Shown in pieces: positions 11,777-24,690 of a DNA stretch of 38,081 bases. The stretch lies in NCBI RefSeq assembly GCF_001194135.2, contig NC_068992.1:34462476-34500556 (forward strand), in the 5' to 3' direction. The DNA is from Octopus bimaculoides (lineage: Eukaryota). Both the position numbers and the translations under genes were made by a program. Each line of letters begins with the position of its first letter. Position 1 is the first letter of the stretch. Under the pieces are notes generated by a model. The model saw only the letters and a list, made by a program, of their open reading frames with translations. It had not been told where the DNA came from and did no database searches.

Positions 11777-12727
11777 CTAAAGGCGTTAATGATATAATAG
11801 AATAGTTTCAAGTGGAATACCAATGCTAATTGCAGAGATGGTTCCCTGACAATATATTCCCACACAGTAGTAACAGCTAACAGCTCTGGGCATAAACCTA
11901 TATTTAAAATATTCATACATATTATCATAATGATCAACAAACAGTAAGAATTCCTGCAATTTTAGAAATGTGGAAAGATACATACACATCAAAAATCTAT
12001 ATTTTCATAAGTACCAGGCCAAAGATCTCCTCTGTTTTGTTGAAATAATAACCAATATGGATATCAAAGAATCAAAGCAACAAAGAAAGCCTTTTGTAAT
12101 ATTATAAACAAAGATATTATAGCACAAAAGCAACAAGAGATGAATTTGTAATTGATGTAGTCAATGAATAAAGCTTTGGTTTATGAGCTGAAATTTTCAT
12201 ACAACTCTCATTAGCATTCTCTTTATTGATCACTTTTTGACATTTAGTTTCAAATCTGTCAACTCCTTCAGTGGTCAAAAATTCTTTGCTATTCCTTACT
12301 TCAACATTCCTTTTTCTGTTAATATAAAACTCCATTTGAATAGTTACTCCTATTGATAAAACAATGTCATTTCTTATTGCTTGGAATTTAGGTGTTAACC
12401 ATCAATAATATAGAGACAATTAATACATTAACTCCAAATAATATATACACCGTTAAACATTAATTATCTATATTGTTCAAAATTACTAAACTAACCAGTT
12501 ACATTGATCATCAGTAATATAGACACAGTTACTACATATAGTTCTAAATATACAGTTATTACATTTAGTTTTAAATGCAGAGTTACTACATTAACCATCA
12601 GGATGTATGCACAGTTAGTACCTGAATCATCATCAACATATATAGAATTAGTAAGATATCTATTTATAGAATTAGTAATATATATACGGCTATGACTTTA
12701 CACATACCATTCCCCTCTATCTTTTAC

Positions 12728-12786
12728 CAGAAAACATGTTACCAACCCATGCCAGCATGGAAAACAGACTTTAAATGATGATGATG
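12728..12786 (+). mobile_element. Short RTE-type 3' tail remnant
   Basis: CCAACCCATGCCAGCATGGAAAACAGACTTTAAATGATGATGATG. Confidence 0.7.
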
Positions 12787-13649
12787 TTACTGCTACAAGT
12801 GTTTCTTTCCTATCTCAATATTTGAATAAGAGATGACTGCATTGAATCTATTGGTATCTAGTGTGCTATCCCATTCACCCTCTAGTGTTGTCTACCGTCA
12901 CTTCCTTTCTCCCTAATACCACTTTTTTATTGACATCCATCACTCTCTTTCTATCACAGCCTTGACCATCTATTATTTGTACTCTCCCTTACAAACTGAC
13001 AATAACAACCCTTCTATATTGCCAATTCGCCAGGTCGCTCAGTAATGGCGTTAATCCATTCTCTTGTCAGTGACAATTTCTACAATGATACATCACTCCT
13101 GCATTCTTCTCTGAAACTCCCATTACATTGTGCCCTTACTATCTTACTCATTACATTCTATCTTTACTGCCTCTCTTCATTACTCTTCTTGCATTGTTTC
13201 TTTTATTTCTCCCTCCTCTTTCACACTATCACCCAAATTGGTGTCCTCATTATACTCTCATTTCTTTCATCTCATCATAATCCATTTTCTCTCATCTCCC
13301 TACATTTTACTCACTCTGTTCATTAGATTACACTGAAAAATGATAATATAGAGCAGTGAGACCTTCCTACTAAGTTGCGGGGTACCAAAACAACTTCTTT
13401 AGTGCTCGCATCATGAGGATATACTCAGAACACTCTGTGTTCAATGTATTGTGGAAAATGAGCTGCAATATAGTTGAGGGTTGAGAGATTCCTTAGGCTT
13501 TTCATAACAATCGTTAATACTGGTACTATGATAAGATACACATAGCACACTCTATTAAGTTGGAGCTAGGAAGGTCATCTAGCCACAGAAAACATGTCAA
13601 CATTGAAAGTTCATGCAAAAAGATATATATATGTATAAATGTGTGTATG

Positions 13650-13774
13650 TACATATGTACCATATGTACATATGCATGTATAAACACACACACACAAATA
13701 CAGATACACACAAACACACACATGCACACACACACACACACTACACACACACGCACACACTACACTACACTACA

Positions 13775-13810
<36 letters not shown>
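13650..13810. repeat. Compound (CA)n/(CACTA)n microsatellite
   Basis: Seen directly. Confidence 0.95.
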
Positions 13811-14629
13811 ATGAGCCAACAAGATAAGCTCTGCATGGTCATCTGAACTGTTAACAACATCACCTCACAAATCATATTCTAACTTAGTGGCCAATGTACT
13901 GCAAAATAAATTTATATACTGTGCTTGAATAGGAGGGTTTGGTTGGAATACTTTGGATGAAGGTCCTCCTCAATGCACATTACAAGTTGTCTCTGTAAGT
14001 TGTACCCCAGCGGCCCAAAATTCACAAAGCATCTTTTACATATACATAGATATACATACATATGTGCATATGAGTGTGCATGTGGAGAGAGAGAGAGGGA
14101 GAGACAGACAGACAGAAACAGACAGACAGACAGAAGGATAGATAAATATGATTCTTTATATTTCATTTGTTATTAGCTACAGAAGTAGTATTAGTACCGG
14201 AAAGTAATCTCTATGTCTTACTTAATGTGGATGTACTAATACAAAGCCACAATACTGCAGTATTTATCTTAAAAAGGCAACTAATAGTGTTGTATAGGGT
14301 TAAAAAGTACAAAAACACTAAAAAGTATAAAAGTACAAAATCAAGAACAGGCACAAAATGCTCAACTACATCTGTGGAACTGCTAGGTCCATGTTGCTGG
14401 GCATCTTTTTGTTTGCGACTGATACTTCTGTAATTGTTAGCGCTATACATCTTTTTGAGAGACACCTTTTCAAGATATATACTACAGTATGGAGGATTTC
14501 TTACAGTATATTCATGTTAAGTAAGATATACAGAGTGCTTTTTATATATTTAATTATTCATAATCCATTTTTGATACAGTTACATTGCTGTACTCAAGAA
14601 GACCTGTCTGTCACAGTAGAACTGATATT

Positions 14630-14872
14630 AGGTGCCAGTGCTGCATAAAAAGCACTCAAGCTAGTGCTACATTAAAAGCACCAGTGCTGACACACATAAA
14701 AAGCACCCAGTGACTCTGTGGAGTGGTTGGCATTAGGAAGGGCATCCAGCCATAGAAACCATACAAGAACAGACAATGGAGCCTGGTGCAACACCTGGCC
14801 TAACCAACTCCAGTTAAACCATCCAGCCCATACCAGCATGGAAAATTGACGTTAAATGATGATGATGATGAT
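14630..14872 (+). mobile_element. RTE-type 3' tail copy with short upstream tandem units
   Basis: GTGCCAGTGCTGCATAAAAAGCAC-like units, then GAGTGGTTGGCATTAGGAAGGGCATCCAGC...CAGCATGGAAAATTGACGTTAAATGATGATG. Confidence 0.8.
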
Positions 14873-15428
14873 TACATACTCTTGCATGATTCTTTCAGCT
14901 GAGTAACAATTTCAATTGTACTCTTTTCTGTCTCAGTACTTCAGTCAATATTATAAACTGCCATAAGTCAAACCTGTAGCATACACTGCATTTCCAGTTT
15001 TAATCTGTACAATATCCCTGATAAAATCTATACCAACTGACTTCATCTCTTTGACCACATCTCTTTGTCAACATCAAAACCTCCAAACTTACAAAAGTCA
15101 TACTAGATACATTTCTTGTCTACTAATCTGCAGCTTACATAAAAGTAAAAGTGTCAGTGTTAGTTTTTGAAAACATTGTTTCATATTGGCCAATGTTCCT
15201 TTCCAAAATAATTTTCTCTTTTTTTTCTGTACTTTTTCTTTGTTTCTCTATGTTTTCTTTCATTGTTGCATGGGAATTGAATTAATCTGTAAAAGAATTT
15301 GGTTAGCAGCTTTCATTATTTCATCTCTTGTTGCCTTTTTGATATTCAGAGGATTTGACAGTTAAAAGGTCAAGAACTACTTTATATTAAATACCTTGAG
15401 TGCTGAGTTTCTAAACTGGTACATGTAT

Positions 15429-15431
<3 letters not shown>

Positions 15432-15525
<94 letters not shown>

Positions 15526-15526
15526 T
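15432..15526. repeat. (AG)n microsatellite
   Basis: Seen directly. Confidence 0.98.
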
Positions 15527-15899
15527 GAAAAGTTGCAGAATATTTAAAATAAAGCTCACACACCTAAAAACGTATCTGTATGTGCTGATGCACATTTTCT
15601 CTTTCACTCATTCTCTCTCTCTCTCTCTCCTCAACTTTACATCACTTTTTCACACTCTTTCTCTTTCTTTCTTGTTACCTCTACCTAACATACAAACACA
15701 TACTCATACATGCACTCACATACACCAGATAATTAAATTTAAAAAGTGACTGAATTAACAAAAGAAATTACAAAGCTATGCATGCTCATTGGTTACATTT
15801 ATAGGAAAGCATTTTACATTAAAAAGTGAACACTAAACTTATCATCTACTCAGTTGTGAAGTGAAGAAGAGTAGCAGACTAGGCATTTCCCCTTACATT

Positions 15900-16560
15900 T
15901 CATCCCCCAATTGCAGTTCCTGTTATGTACAACAGTTATGATTACTACTTCTTTTCAGAATATTGCCATCTTTCCAAAAGCCATCAATAAGCATCCAGCT
16001 GTGGGAACATAAGAGGCTCTTATGCCTGGCCCCAGAGCAACATACTTTCTCACAAATGTGACTATGGAAGCAAAAATTGCAGCCTTGATCATGTTGATAA
16101 TGAAAATTACAGTATTTGGTCAAACCACTTTGTGAATGACAAAGTGTTCCACAGACATGACAAACATAATTATTTGGCCTTTGCATAAATGATTATCAGA
16201 GTCAGCCAGTGACTTCCTTATTACATGCAATATTTGGTGATTAATGAAACCAGCTCTAGAAAGCAATACTCTGTTGTACTTATTGCATTTAAATTCTGTA
16301 TTGAAATCTTCTGGAATCTCTCTGTTTTCTTCCTTTTGCAAGGATTGCTTGAGCTCTGCATGTTCAATAACATTGCCTCAGACTTTTCACAACCATCTTT
16401 GATTATACAACACTAGCCAGTTCACTTCATTGCTAAGAATTCCCAATTTCTAATGTCCATACACCAGAATCTTCAAATTATTCTTAACCACATCTTTGAA
16501 TCACTTCTTTGGCTTATGACTTGGCATCTTTATTTGAAAGCTCTCCATAAAACAATCGCT
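15900..16560 (-). mobile_element. Degraded RTE-clade LINE 3' region with C-terminal C2H2-like zinc fingers
   Basis: Minus translation DVVKNNLK...HAELKQSLQKEENRE..FKCNKYNRVLLSRAGFINHQILH...YVCHVCGTLCHSQSGLTKYCNFH...ICEKVCCSGARHKSLLCSH, with stops and frameshifts. Confidence 0.75.
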
Positions 16561-16848
16561 TGGGCAACCTAGTATACAATACAACCAGTTTAATGCATTT
16601 GACTGTAAACAATCATCTCAATACTTTGCAAAAATATATACTCGCACACACACACACACACACAAATATATACATATATTTATGTATACATACACACACA
16701 TATATACACATACATCTTTTCCATCTAAGAATTTTTTTAACCTAATATTCATGTGCTATTATTTATACTTTTATCAACTTCAAGGTCGACTGTTCAAAAA
16801 GATTTATTTTACATCTCTTGAAGTTTCTAAAGTTTCTAAATTCTTCTT

Positions 16849-17420
16849 CATCATCATCATTGTTTAACCTTCCTTGCTGGCATGGGCTGGATACAGAGGA
16901 GCTGGCCAGGCAGAAGATGGACCAGATTTCTGTGTCACTTTTGGTGTGGTTTTTACTGCTGAATGTCCTTCCTAACACCAACCACCCTGCAGAGTGGACT
17001 GAGTGCTTTTCATGTGGCATCAGCACAAGTGAGGTCAGTTTTGATATTGTTTTTACAGCTGGATACCTTTCCAAATGCCAACCACTTTACAATGTGGACT
17101 GGATGCTTTTTATGTGGCACCAGCACTAGTAGGGTCACTAAGTAACATGCAGGACAAGGAGTTTTTGAGAGGGGAGCGACATTGGAGGAGGTGAACTTGT
17201 GTCAGATAACAAAAGGATAGAGTGTAACAGAAACACAGAGACAGAAACAGGTGTCTTGCTGTAGAGGAGATACAGGATTACCCAGCCAGAGCGAGAGGGG
17301 GGAAAGAAAGAGAGAAAGAGAGAGAGGGGAGAGAGGGTTAACAAGAAGAAAGAGGACAGACACAAGTGTGCTGCTGCAAAGGAGATATACGGTTACCTGG
17401 CTAGAGAGAAGAGCAAGTAA

Positions 17421-17489
<69 letters not shown>

Positions 17490-17760
17490 GGATTAAGAAT
17501 GAGGGCAGAAACAGGTGTGCTGCTGTAGACAAAATATATGGTTACCCAGCCTGAGGGAAGAGCAGGAGAAGGAGAGAAAGAGAGTGAGAGACAGCAGAAG
17601 TGCAAGAGAGAGCAGGATTGATATGCCAGGGTATACTCACAAGGGACGGGGATCAGAGCATAGATGGGATGGAAGAGTAAGGAAATGAGTGATAAATGAT
17701 AGCAAGTGCCAGGGCATACCCTCAAGGTGTAGAGGTCATAATATACATGGCTGGGTATTG
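16849..17760 (-). mobile_element. Non-autonomous element with an RTE-type tail, a duplicated tail core and a GA-interspersed ~45-bp motif
   Basis: (CAT)n at 16849-16860 and inverted tail motifs. ACAGAAACAGGTGTCTTGCTGTAGAGGAGATACAGGATTACCCAGCC-like motif occurs three times. Homologous to 21075-21425 (+). Confidence 0.6.
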
Positions 17761-17819
17761 CCAAAAAGGCACAAGTAGGGAGTGGAGGTGGGGAATGCAG
17801 TGACTTATGTGAACCTGGT

Positions 17820-17864
<45 letters not shown>

Positions 17865-17882
17865 TAGATAGATAGATAGATA
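17820..17882. repeat. (GATA)n microsatellite
   Basis: Seen directly. Confidence 0.98.
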
Positions 17883-18855
17883 TGACTTTTTGACACTGCA
17901 CTTTCTAAACTTTACTTTTGTTGCTGGTCATCTGTTCACTATAGATCTTTTTTTTTTTTACCTGTACCCATTGCTTATTTCCTAATAACTTTCTCTTTTC
18001 AATTCCCCATGTATTAGTTTCTAGTGTGATCGAGGTTAAAATTGTATCTCTTCTGTTTATTGTACATTACTTCCAGTCAGGATCCCATTGCTGTTATTCT
18101 GAATCTCTCTCCATTACTCCTTTATGAAACTCTCTGGCACAGAACCCACCTTTGCCACTCTCGTCTCTCCTCTCACTTTGCTCATCTTGATGCATATTCG
18201 TAGGCAGATATATTGGACAACTGGTGCCCAGTTCACTCTACCTTACCCTTTTGTTTGTTTACTACCTTTATCATCCAGTATCACTTTATTTGTCAGTATG
18301 CCTCACACATCATTGATCTCTGCTAAGCCTCTGTCATTGCTCTTACCATGAAGTTACATAGACTTCAAACATTTCCTGCTCTCCCACACTTATCTCAGAA
18401 TACTAAGAGCTCTTATCAATTCAACCAACAATAACACATCTTTTTCATCACTATCACTCATGCTTCTTACTCTGTAAAGAAGTGGATGCATGAGCTGACG
18501 TGAACTTGTAAGGGCTGGACTCTTTAGTCTTGTCAAGGACATGACACCCCTCTAGTGTTGGTGGCATAAAAAAACACTCAGTACATTCTGTAAAGTGATT
18601 GGTGTTAAGAATGGAATTCAAGCCAAAATGAAATGTGAATGTGATGTAGTTTCCGTTTACCTGTCTAGATGAGCAGACTCATCCAACCCATATCCAAATT
18701 CAAAACTCAAAATAGATGACACTAAGAATAAAAACAAATACTACTTGAAAGATAGTACACTACAAAATTAATTGATGACAAGCCAGAATGTATCAAATCA
18801 ATAGACATTCCAGAAATATAAAGGGCAAAAAAAGAAAGGCAAAAATGAACGCTTT

Positions 18856-20891
18856 AGATACAAATGATTACAGAGGTATCAAGTTGTTGGATCAGGTAAT
18901 GAAAGTCACAGAGAGGGTCATAACCCAACTAATTAGGGAAAGAGTCAGTCTAGAAGAGATGCAGTTTGGGTTCATGCCAGGGAAAAGCACCGCTGATGCT
19001 ATATTTCTGGTAAGACACCAGCAGGAGAAATACCTAGCCATAGATAAACCTCTGTACCTGGCTTTAATTGACATGGATAAAGCCTTTGACAGAGTCCCCT
19101 GATCCCTTATCTGGTGGCCAATGAGGGAACTAGGGATAGATGAAGGGTTAGTGAGAGCTGTGTATACCATGTACAGGGGTGCTGTCAGTAAGGTGAGGGT
19201 TGGCAACGAGTACAGTGAAGAATTCCGAGTAGGGGTAGGGGTCCACCAAGGATCAGTCCTCAGCCTCCTCTTATTCATCACAGGAATTCAAGACAGGATG
19301 CCCCTGGGAGCTCCTCTATGCTGATGACCTTGCTCTAATTACTGAGTCACTATTAGAACTAGAGGAAAAGTTTCAGATATGGAAGCAAGGATTAGAATCA
19401 AACGGCCTTAGAGTCAACCTAGCTAAAACCAAAGTCTTAATAAGTAGGAAGGCAGACAAACCACAAATCCCTTCAGGTAAATAACCCTGCTCAATCTGTA
19501 GAAAAAGGGTTGGAAGAAACTCCATAAGATGTACCCGGTGTAAACTATGGATGGATAGGAGGTGCAGCAATATCAAAGGAATGCTAAGCAGGAAAATAGA
19601 TTTTTTGTGTGTGGCAAATGCTCAGGGGCAATAAACACTGAAAATGTGCAGAAAACAGCTTCTGTTGCATACCAGGGGGAAAAACTAGAAGTAGTTGATA
19701 GATTTCATTACCAAGGTGACTAAATCAGTTGCAGGGGTGGATGCTCTGAAAGTGTAGCTGCTAGAATAAGATTAGCTTGGGCAAAGTTCAGAGAGCTCCT
19801 ACCTCTGCTGGTGACAAAGGGCCTATCACTCAGAGTAAAATACTGTATGACGCATGTGTACGAACAGCCATGCTACAAGGCAGTGAAACATGGGCCTTGA
19901 CTACTGAGGACATGCGTAAGCTTGCAAAAAATGAAGCCAGTATGCTCCGCTGGATCTGTAATGTCAGTGTGCATACATGTCAGAGTGCAAGTGGCCTGAG
20001 AGAAAAGTTGAATTTAAGAAGCATCAGATGTGTTGTGCAAGAGAGACAACTGCGCTGGTATAGTCATGTGTTGCGAATGAATGAGGACAGCTGTGTGAAA
20101 AAGTGTCACACCCTAGCAGTTGAGGGAACCTGTGGAAGAGGTAGACCCAGGAAGACATGGAATGAGGTGGTGAAGCACAATCTTCGAACATTGGGCCTTA
20201 CCGAGGCAATCACTAGTGACTGAAGCCTTTAGAAATATGCTGTGCTTGAGAAGACCCGACAAGCCAAGTGAGATCATAACTCGTGGCCTATTCCAGTGGG
20301 TGTGACCAGCCCACTTATGAGTACCCCTCATTCATTGGACAATAAACTATGCTTGCGAAGATCTGTTGAAGCAAGTGATATCAAAATCAAAATTGCTGAT
20401 GTGGCTGATGACAGTACCACCTGATTGGCACTTGTGCCTGTGGAACATTAAAAGTACCATTCAAATGTGATTGTTGCAAAAGCTGCTAATTGGCTCCCAT
20501 GCCAGTGGCACATAAAAGGCACCATTTGAGCGTGATCATTGCATGTGTCGCCTTACTGGCATATGTGCCAGTGGCATGTGAAAAACAACATTCGAGCGTG
20601 GTAATTGCTAGAGCTGCTGGACTGGTTCCAATGCAGGTAGCACGTAAAAAAACACTGTTTGACTGTAGTTGTTGCCAGAACCGCCTGACTGGCCTTCGTG
20701 CCAGTGGCACATAAAACAACCACTACACTCTCAGAGTGGTTGGTGTTAGGAAGGGCATCCAGCTGTAGAAACTTTGCCAGATCAGATTGGAACCTTGTGC
20801 AGCCTCCTGGTTTGCCAGTCCTCAGTCAAACCATCCAACTCATGCCAGCATGGAAAGCGGACATTAAACGATGACAACGATGATGATGATA
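18856..20891 (+). mobile_element. 5'-truncated RTE-clade LINE: RT pseudogene, tandemly repeated 3' UTR and (GAT)n tail
   Basis: NDYRGIKLLDQVMKVTERV..MQFGFMPGKSTADAIF..IDMDKAFDRVP..GVHQGSVLS..LYADDL..VNLAKTKV..LEVVDRFHYQGD..GSETW..RQLRWYSHVLRM..GRGRPRKTW. Multiple stops and frameshifts. Confidence 0.95.
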
Positions 20892-21074
20892 ATGACATCA
20901 CAACTCAAGAAATACAATAAATGACAAATAAGGATCAAAGATTCTGAGAACATTGGTATTTTGATATTCCTGTCATATAATGAGTTCCTTAGAAGGAAAG
21001 AGATACTTTGCAACTCATACGATATGGATTTACAGGATAGATTAACTAGAGTTTAACATTTTCAGGTTTACAAG

Positions 21075-21425
21075 TTTGCTTTGCAGTGACAATGCCTCTC
21101 CTCCTCTCCATTTCCCACTATTCTTTCACAATCTTGTGAACATACCCACCTACTCACCCCATTCAGTGTACCCCCATCACATTTTCACCATCCTATTTCT
21201 CTTCTCTCTCTCTCCTACTGAGGTAGACATGCATCTCCTTTACTGCAAGACACCTGTTTCTGTCCCTCTCTTCCTCCCTCAGCTGAGTTGTCTTGGAAGT
21301 TACTTGGTGATCTCACTGCTGCTGGTGCCACATAAAAAGCACTCAGTAAAGTAGGTGGTGTTAGGAAGGGCCTCCAGCCATAGAAACCATACCAAAGTAA
21401 ATAGTACAGTAAACGATGATGATAG
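21075..21425 (+). mobile_element. Second copy of the non-autonomous RTE-tailed element
   Basis: CT-rich head, CATCTCCTTTACTGCAAGACACCTGTTTCTGT motif, GGAAGTTACTTGGTGATC segment and RTE-type tail. Confidence 0.6.
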
Positions 21426-22139
21426 TTTTGTGTGGTGAAAATGAAAGTTCAGTAAGAAAACAACAGAATTAAAAGTTAAAACTTTTAAAATCCATATTAA
21501 AATTATACTGAAATCAATATTAAACTTAATTGTTACATAATATATATCAATGAAATACCCAAAATTTTATAGCTCTTCATAAAAGTATTCCACCCCCAAT
21601 TCTGATAGCTTCAGCTGGTGCAGTTCACACACACTGAACCCATTTAGTGATACAAGTTGAAAGCACCTATCAGTTTCAGAGTGTTCTGCATACAATTGTT
21701 CTTACTCTACAATATCTGTTTACATCTAAATCAACTGAGTTAAGATTAAGTGTGTTAGCAATGTATGCTTTGCCAGTAGCAGAAAACGATCAGTTAAAAA
21801 TTTTGGCAGATAATCTGGGCAGTCAGTTAACTCAGTTTTCTGCATTTCACTATCATAAGTAGTTGGACTTAATATTAGCAGTGAAATAAGTTTTGACAGA
21901 TAATTGCTTGCATTTTAACAATGGTAGAAAATTGTGTTTATTAGACTTGACAATCCAGTACATTAGAGAATAAAAATGTTGACTATTTAATTTAAAGGTC
22001 TGTTGAGTCTGTGATATTTACAGTAGTATCATTGAAAGTATCAAAGTTAATAAACAGTTCTCTGAGTTTTATCTAATAAAGAGTAACAGAGTTATGTTTC
22101 CTTTAGATTTTGAAAAGCTATATCCCAAAATTGCATCAT

Positions 22140-22430
22140 TGATAATCTTATATATTGATATTGAAATCTTTATCATAATACAGAAATTCAGATATTGACA
22201 CCTTCATATTTGGATATCAATTTTAATATCCCAATATTGGAAGAGATATCTTGGCAACGAACCATATAGTGGAACTAATATCTCACTATTGAAATCAATA
22301 TCTGTTTACTGAAACTAAATATGTGATATAGAAACTGATATTCTGATATTGAAACTGCTATCCTATTACTGAAAATTTGATATTGAAACCAACATACTGA
22401 TATTAATCCAAACCAGAAAGAAACTTATAG
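22140..22430. repeat. Degenerate short-unit tandem repeat (TGATATTGAAAC-like)
   Basis: Recurrent GATATTGAAA/GATATT motifs. Confidence 0.55.
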
Positions 22431-22558
22431 TATTATTTGCTGTTGAAACAAATATGTAGTATGACTAAATTAATGTCTAGCTTCAAATATTATTATCAAT
22501 TTAATTTTACATTTAGTTCTGGAAGAAATAACAGTATCTACGACCTTTTATTTTTTAG

Positions 22559-22665
22559 TGCTTCCAAGAGTGGCTGTAGAAAGTGAAGACCTTAACCAAA
22601 TGCTTTCAAAAGAGTTGACTCCATTAAAGATACCCAATGGTCACGTGCTGGTGTTCGACAATGGA
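22559..22665 (+). CDS. Candidate exon (LPRVAVESEDLNQMLSKELTPLKIPNGHVLVFDNG)
   Basis: Acceptor ccttttattttttag, donor GGA|gtgagg, one open frame. Protein not recognised. Confidence 0.2.
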
Positions 22666-24210
22666 GTGAGGCCTTGAGGGACTATAAGTCCATTATAGTT
22701 GATTTCAGGACTTACGTTAGTAACTACCCCTTCGGAAGAATAAATGACAAAATGGACTTGAATATGCTTTGAAATCAGAACATAAAGAAATGTTCCTAGG
22801 TACCGTAACATATTTTTTTCCAATACTCTAATGATGCAACCATCCATATATGATTTCAATTAGTATTTTAAAGGGAGGCAATTTTATATTGTATTTTATA
22901 TGTATTTATTTCATTGACATCGCATAAGAATGAAGAATAAAATTTATCTCAAAAGGAGTAGAACATTGAAACATTAAACAAGATCAATTAAACAGCTAGT
23001 CCTGCTCTGCACATCCCTTTCAACAAATTTATAAAAAAAGTTATTGTATGAGCCTCCACATTGTCACTTAACTTCCTTGAATTATTAGCCAAATCTCCCT
23101 CATATATGATTTTGAAAAAGGATACATTGGATAGCATAACCCTGATTACACTGTATTTGAATTAAAGTGGAGATGGGCATGGCTGGTATGGTTTTCATCA
23201 TGTGTTTGTTTAATCAAAGCTGACCTACAACAACAAATTTAAAATTACCCTATTGTTAATTGTAATATAATACTATATTCCAATTATTAAATATATCAGT
23301 GTGGTCATTTCACTAAAGTTCCATAAAACATCACTAAGAATAGAGTGAAGCTCAAGGTAACATCTGATGCCTAACATCTTTATGATGTTATGAAAAGATT
23401 TCAAGGTCTTTTCTTCTCATTTGACACTTTTAGTATTATTGATAGTGACATGATATTGTTGAAAATGCTGCACTGTGTGTGATTATGCTTTGAAGTTCTT
23501 TACATTGGATGTGTTATTTTATTTGTTTCATAAGCCAAGATTGAAATGTGGAAATTTTCTTCAAAGAATCTGTTTATAACCTCTTTCAGTCCATTAGTGA
23601 AAGTGTAACATAATTAATTTTTGACCAATTAATTATTATGTTCTATGTACCACTTTCTCACAAATTCCTAATATCTCTCAAAAGCTGTCTGATAATTGCT
23701 TCTCACATCAATAAAAAAATTTTAAAAGAAGAGAAGAAAATGCTTGTATTGATATTGTCAAGTCTGAAATACTTTTGTTAAATCTTGTGTAAATATTTCA
23801 ATTTTGTTTCTAACATTTGTTATATACTATTCTCATATAAGATGCCTCTAAATAATTGTTTACCTTTCAGTGAGCAGACTTCATCGACTAGACATTCCTA
23901 CTTGATATCATATCAGTGTTCATTTTTAGTATATTTTTTCATACATACTTAAAATATATTTGTTTTCATTAGTTACACATTTATTGATCAGAGAAGCGAG
24001 AAATATGTCATTGTTAGTCAGGGAAATGGTATTTGATTAAGGAAAATGTTGGCAATTAATGTTAAGATGATATAGACTCTGTCAGAAAGACAAGGGAGAC
24101 ATGGAGATAGAGCACGCCAACATGTACATATATATGTACGTATGTATGTATGGATGTATGTAAGTATATGTTTGTGTATGTGTATGCATATGTGTATATA
24201 TGTATATGTG

Positions 24211-24258
<48 letters not shown>

Positions 24259-24489
24259 GTATGAATGTACATAGGCATGTATGTATATATGTATGCATTC
24301 GAAAAAGAGTATAAACAAGTAAAACATGTGGTATCACATAAGAACATGTAATTTATAATTTAAACATAATTGCAGAGTAGTATAGCAAATAATGCATAAA
24401 GTCTCTTACAGCTGTTTCTAGAATAGCTGAACATGTGTAGCATATGTTATTGAGTAAAGATTTCTATCTAAACCAACTATTCCATCTTC

Positions 24490-24690
24490 AGAGACAAAGA
24501 ATTAAGGATATTAGTAGTTACCAGTTCATTGAAGAATTAAGGAACATCCTTAGTGAATGATAATAGTGTTTAGCAGTTCCATTATCGAAGAATTAAAAAA
24601 ATTCAAGTAAAAGATAATAGCAGTTGGCAGTTCTATTGTTGAAGAATCAAGGAATCTCTTTAGTAGAAAATAATAGAAGTTTAGTTCTAG
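24490..24690. repeat. Degenerate ~55-bp tandem repeat (3-4 units), followed by a (GAT)n-like tract at 24705-24790
   Basis: AAGAATTAAGGA...GATAATAG...GCAGTTC(C/T)ATT..G recurs. Confidence 0.65.

Noticed and set aside
13330-13560. Weak RTE-like VPKQLL motif
   Set aside because: Too degraded to support a call.
18000-18480. Minus-strand exon-like frame VRSMSDSDEKDVLLLVELIRALS
   Set aside because: A stop occurs before any good donor. The region looks like very old degraded repeat, and I could not assign it.
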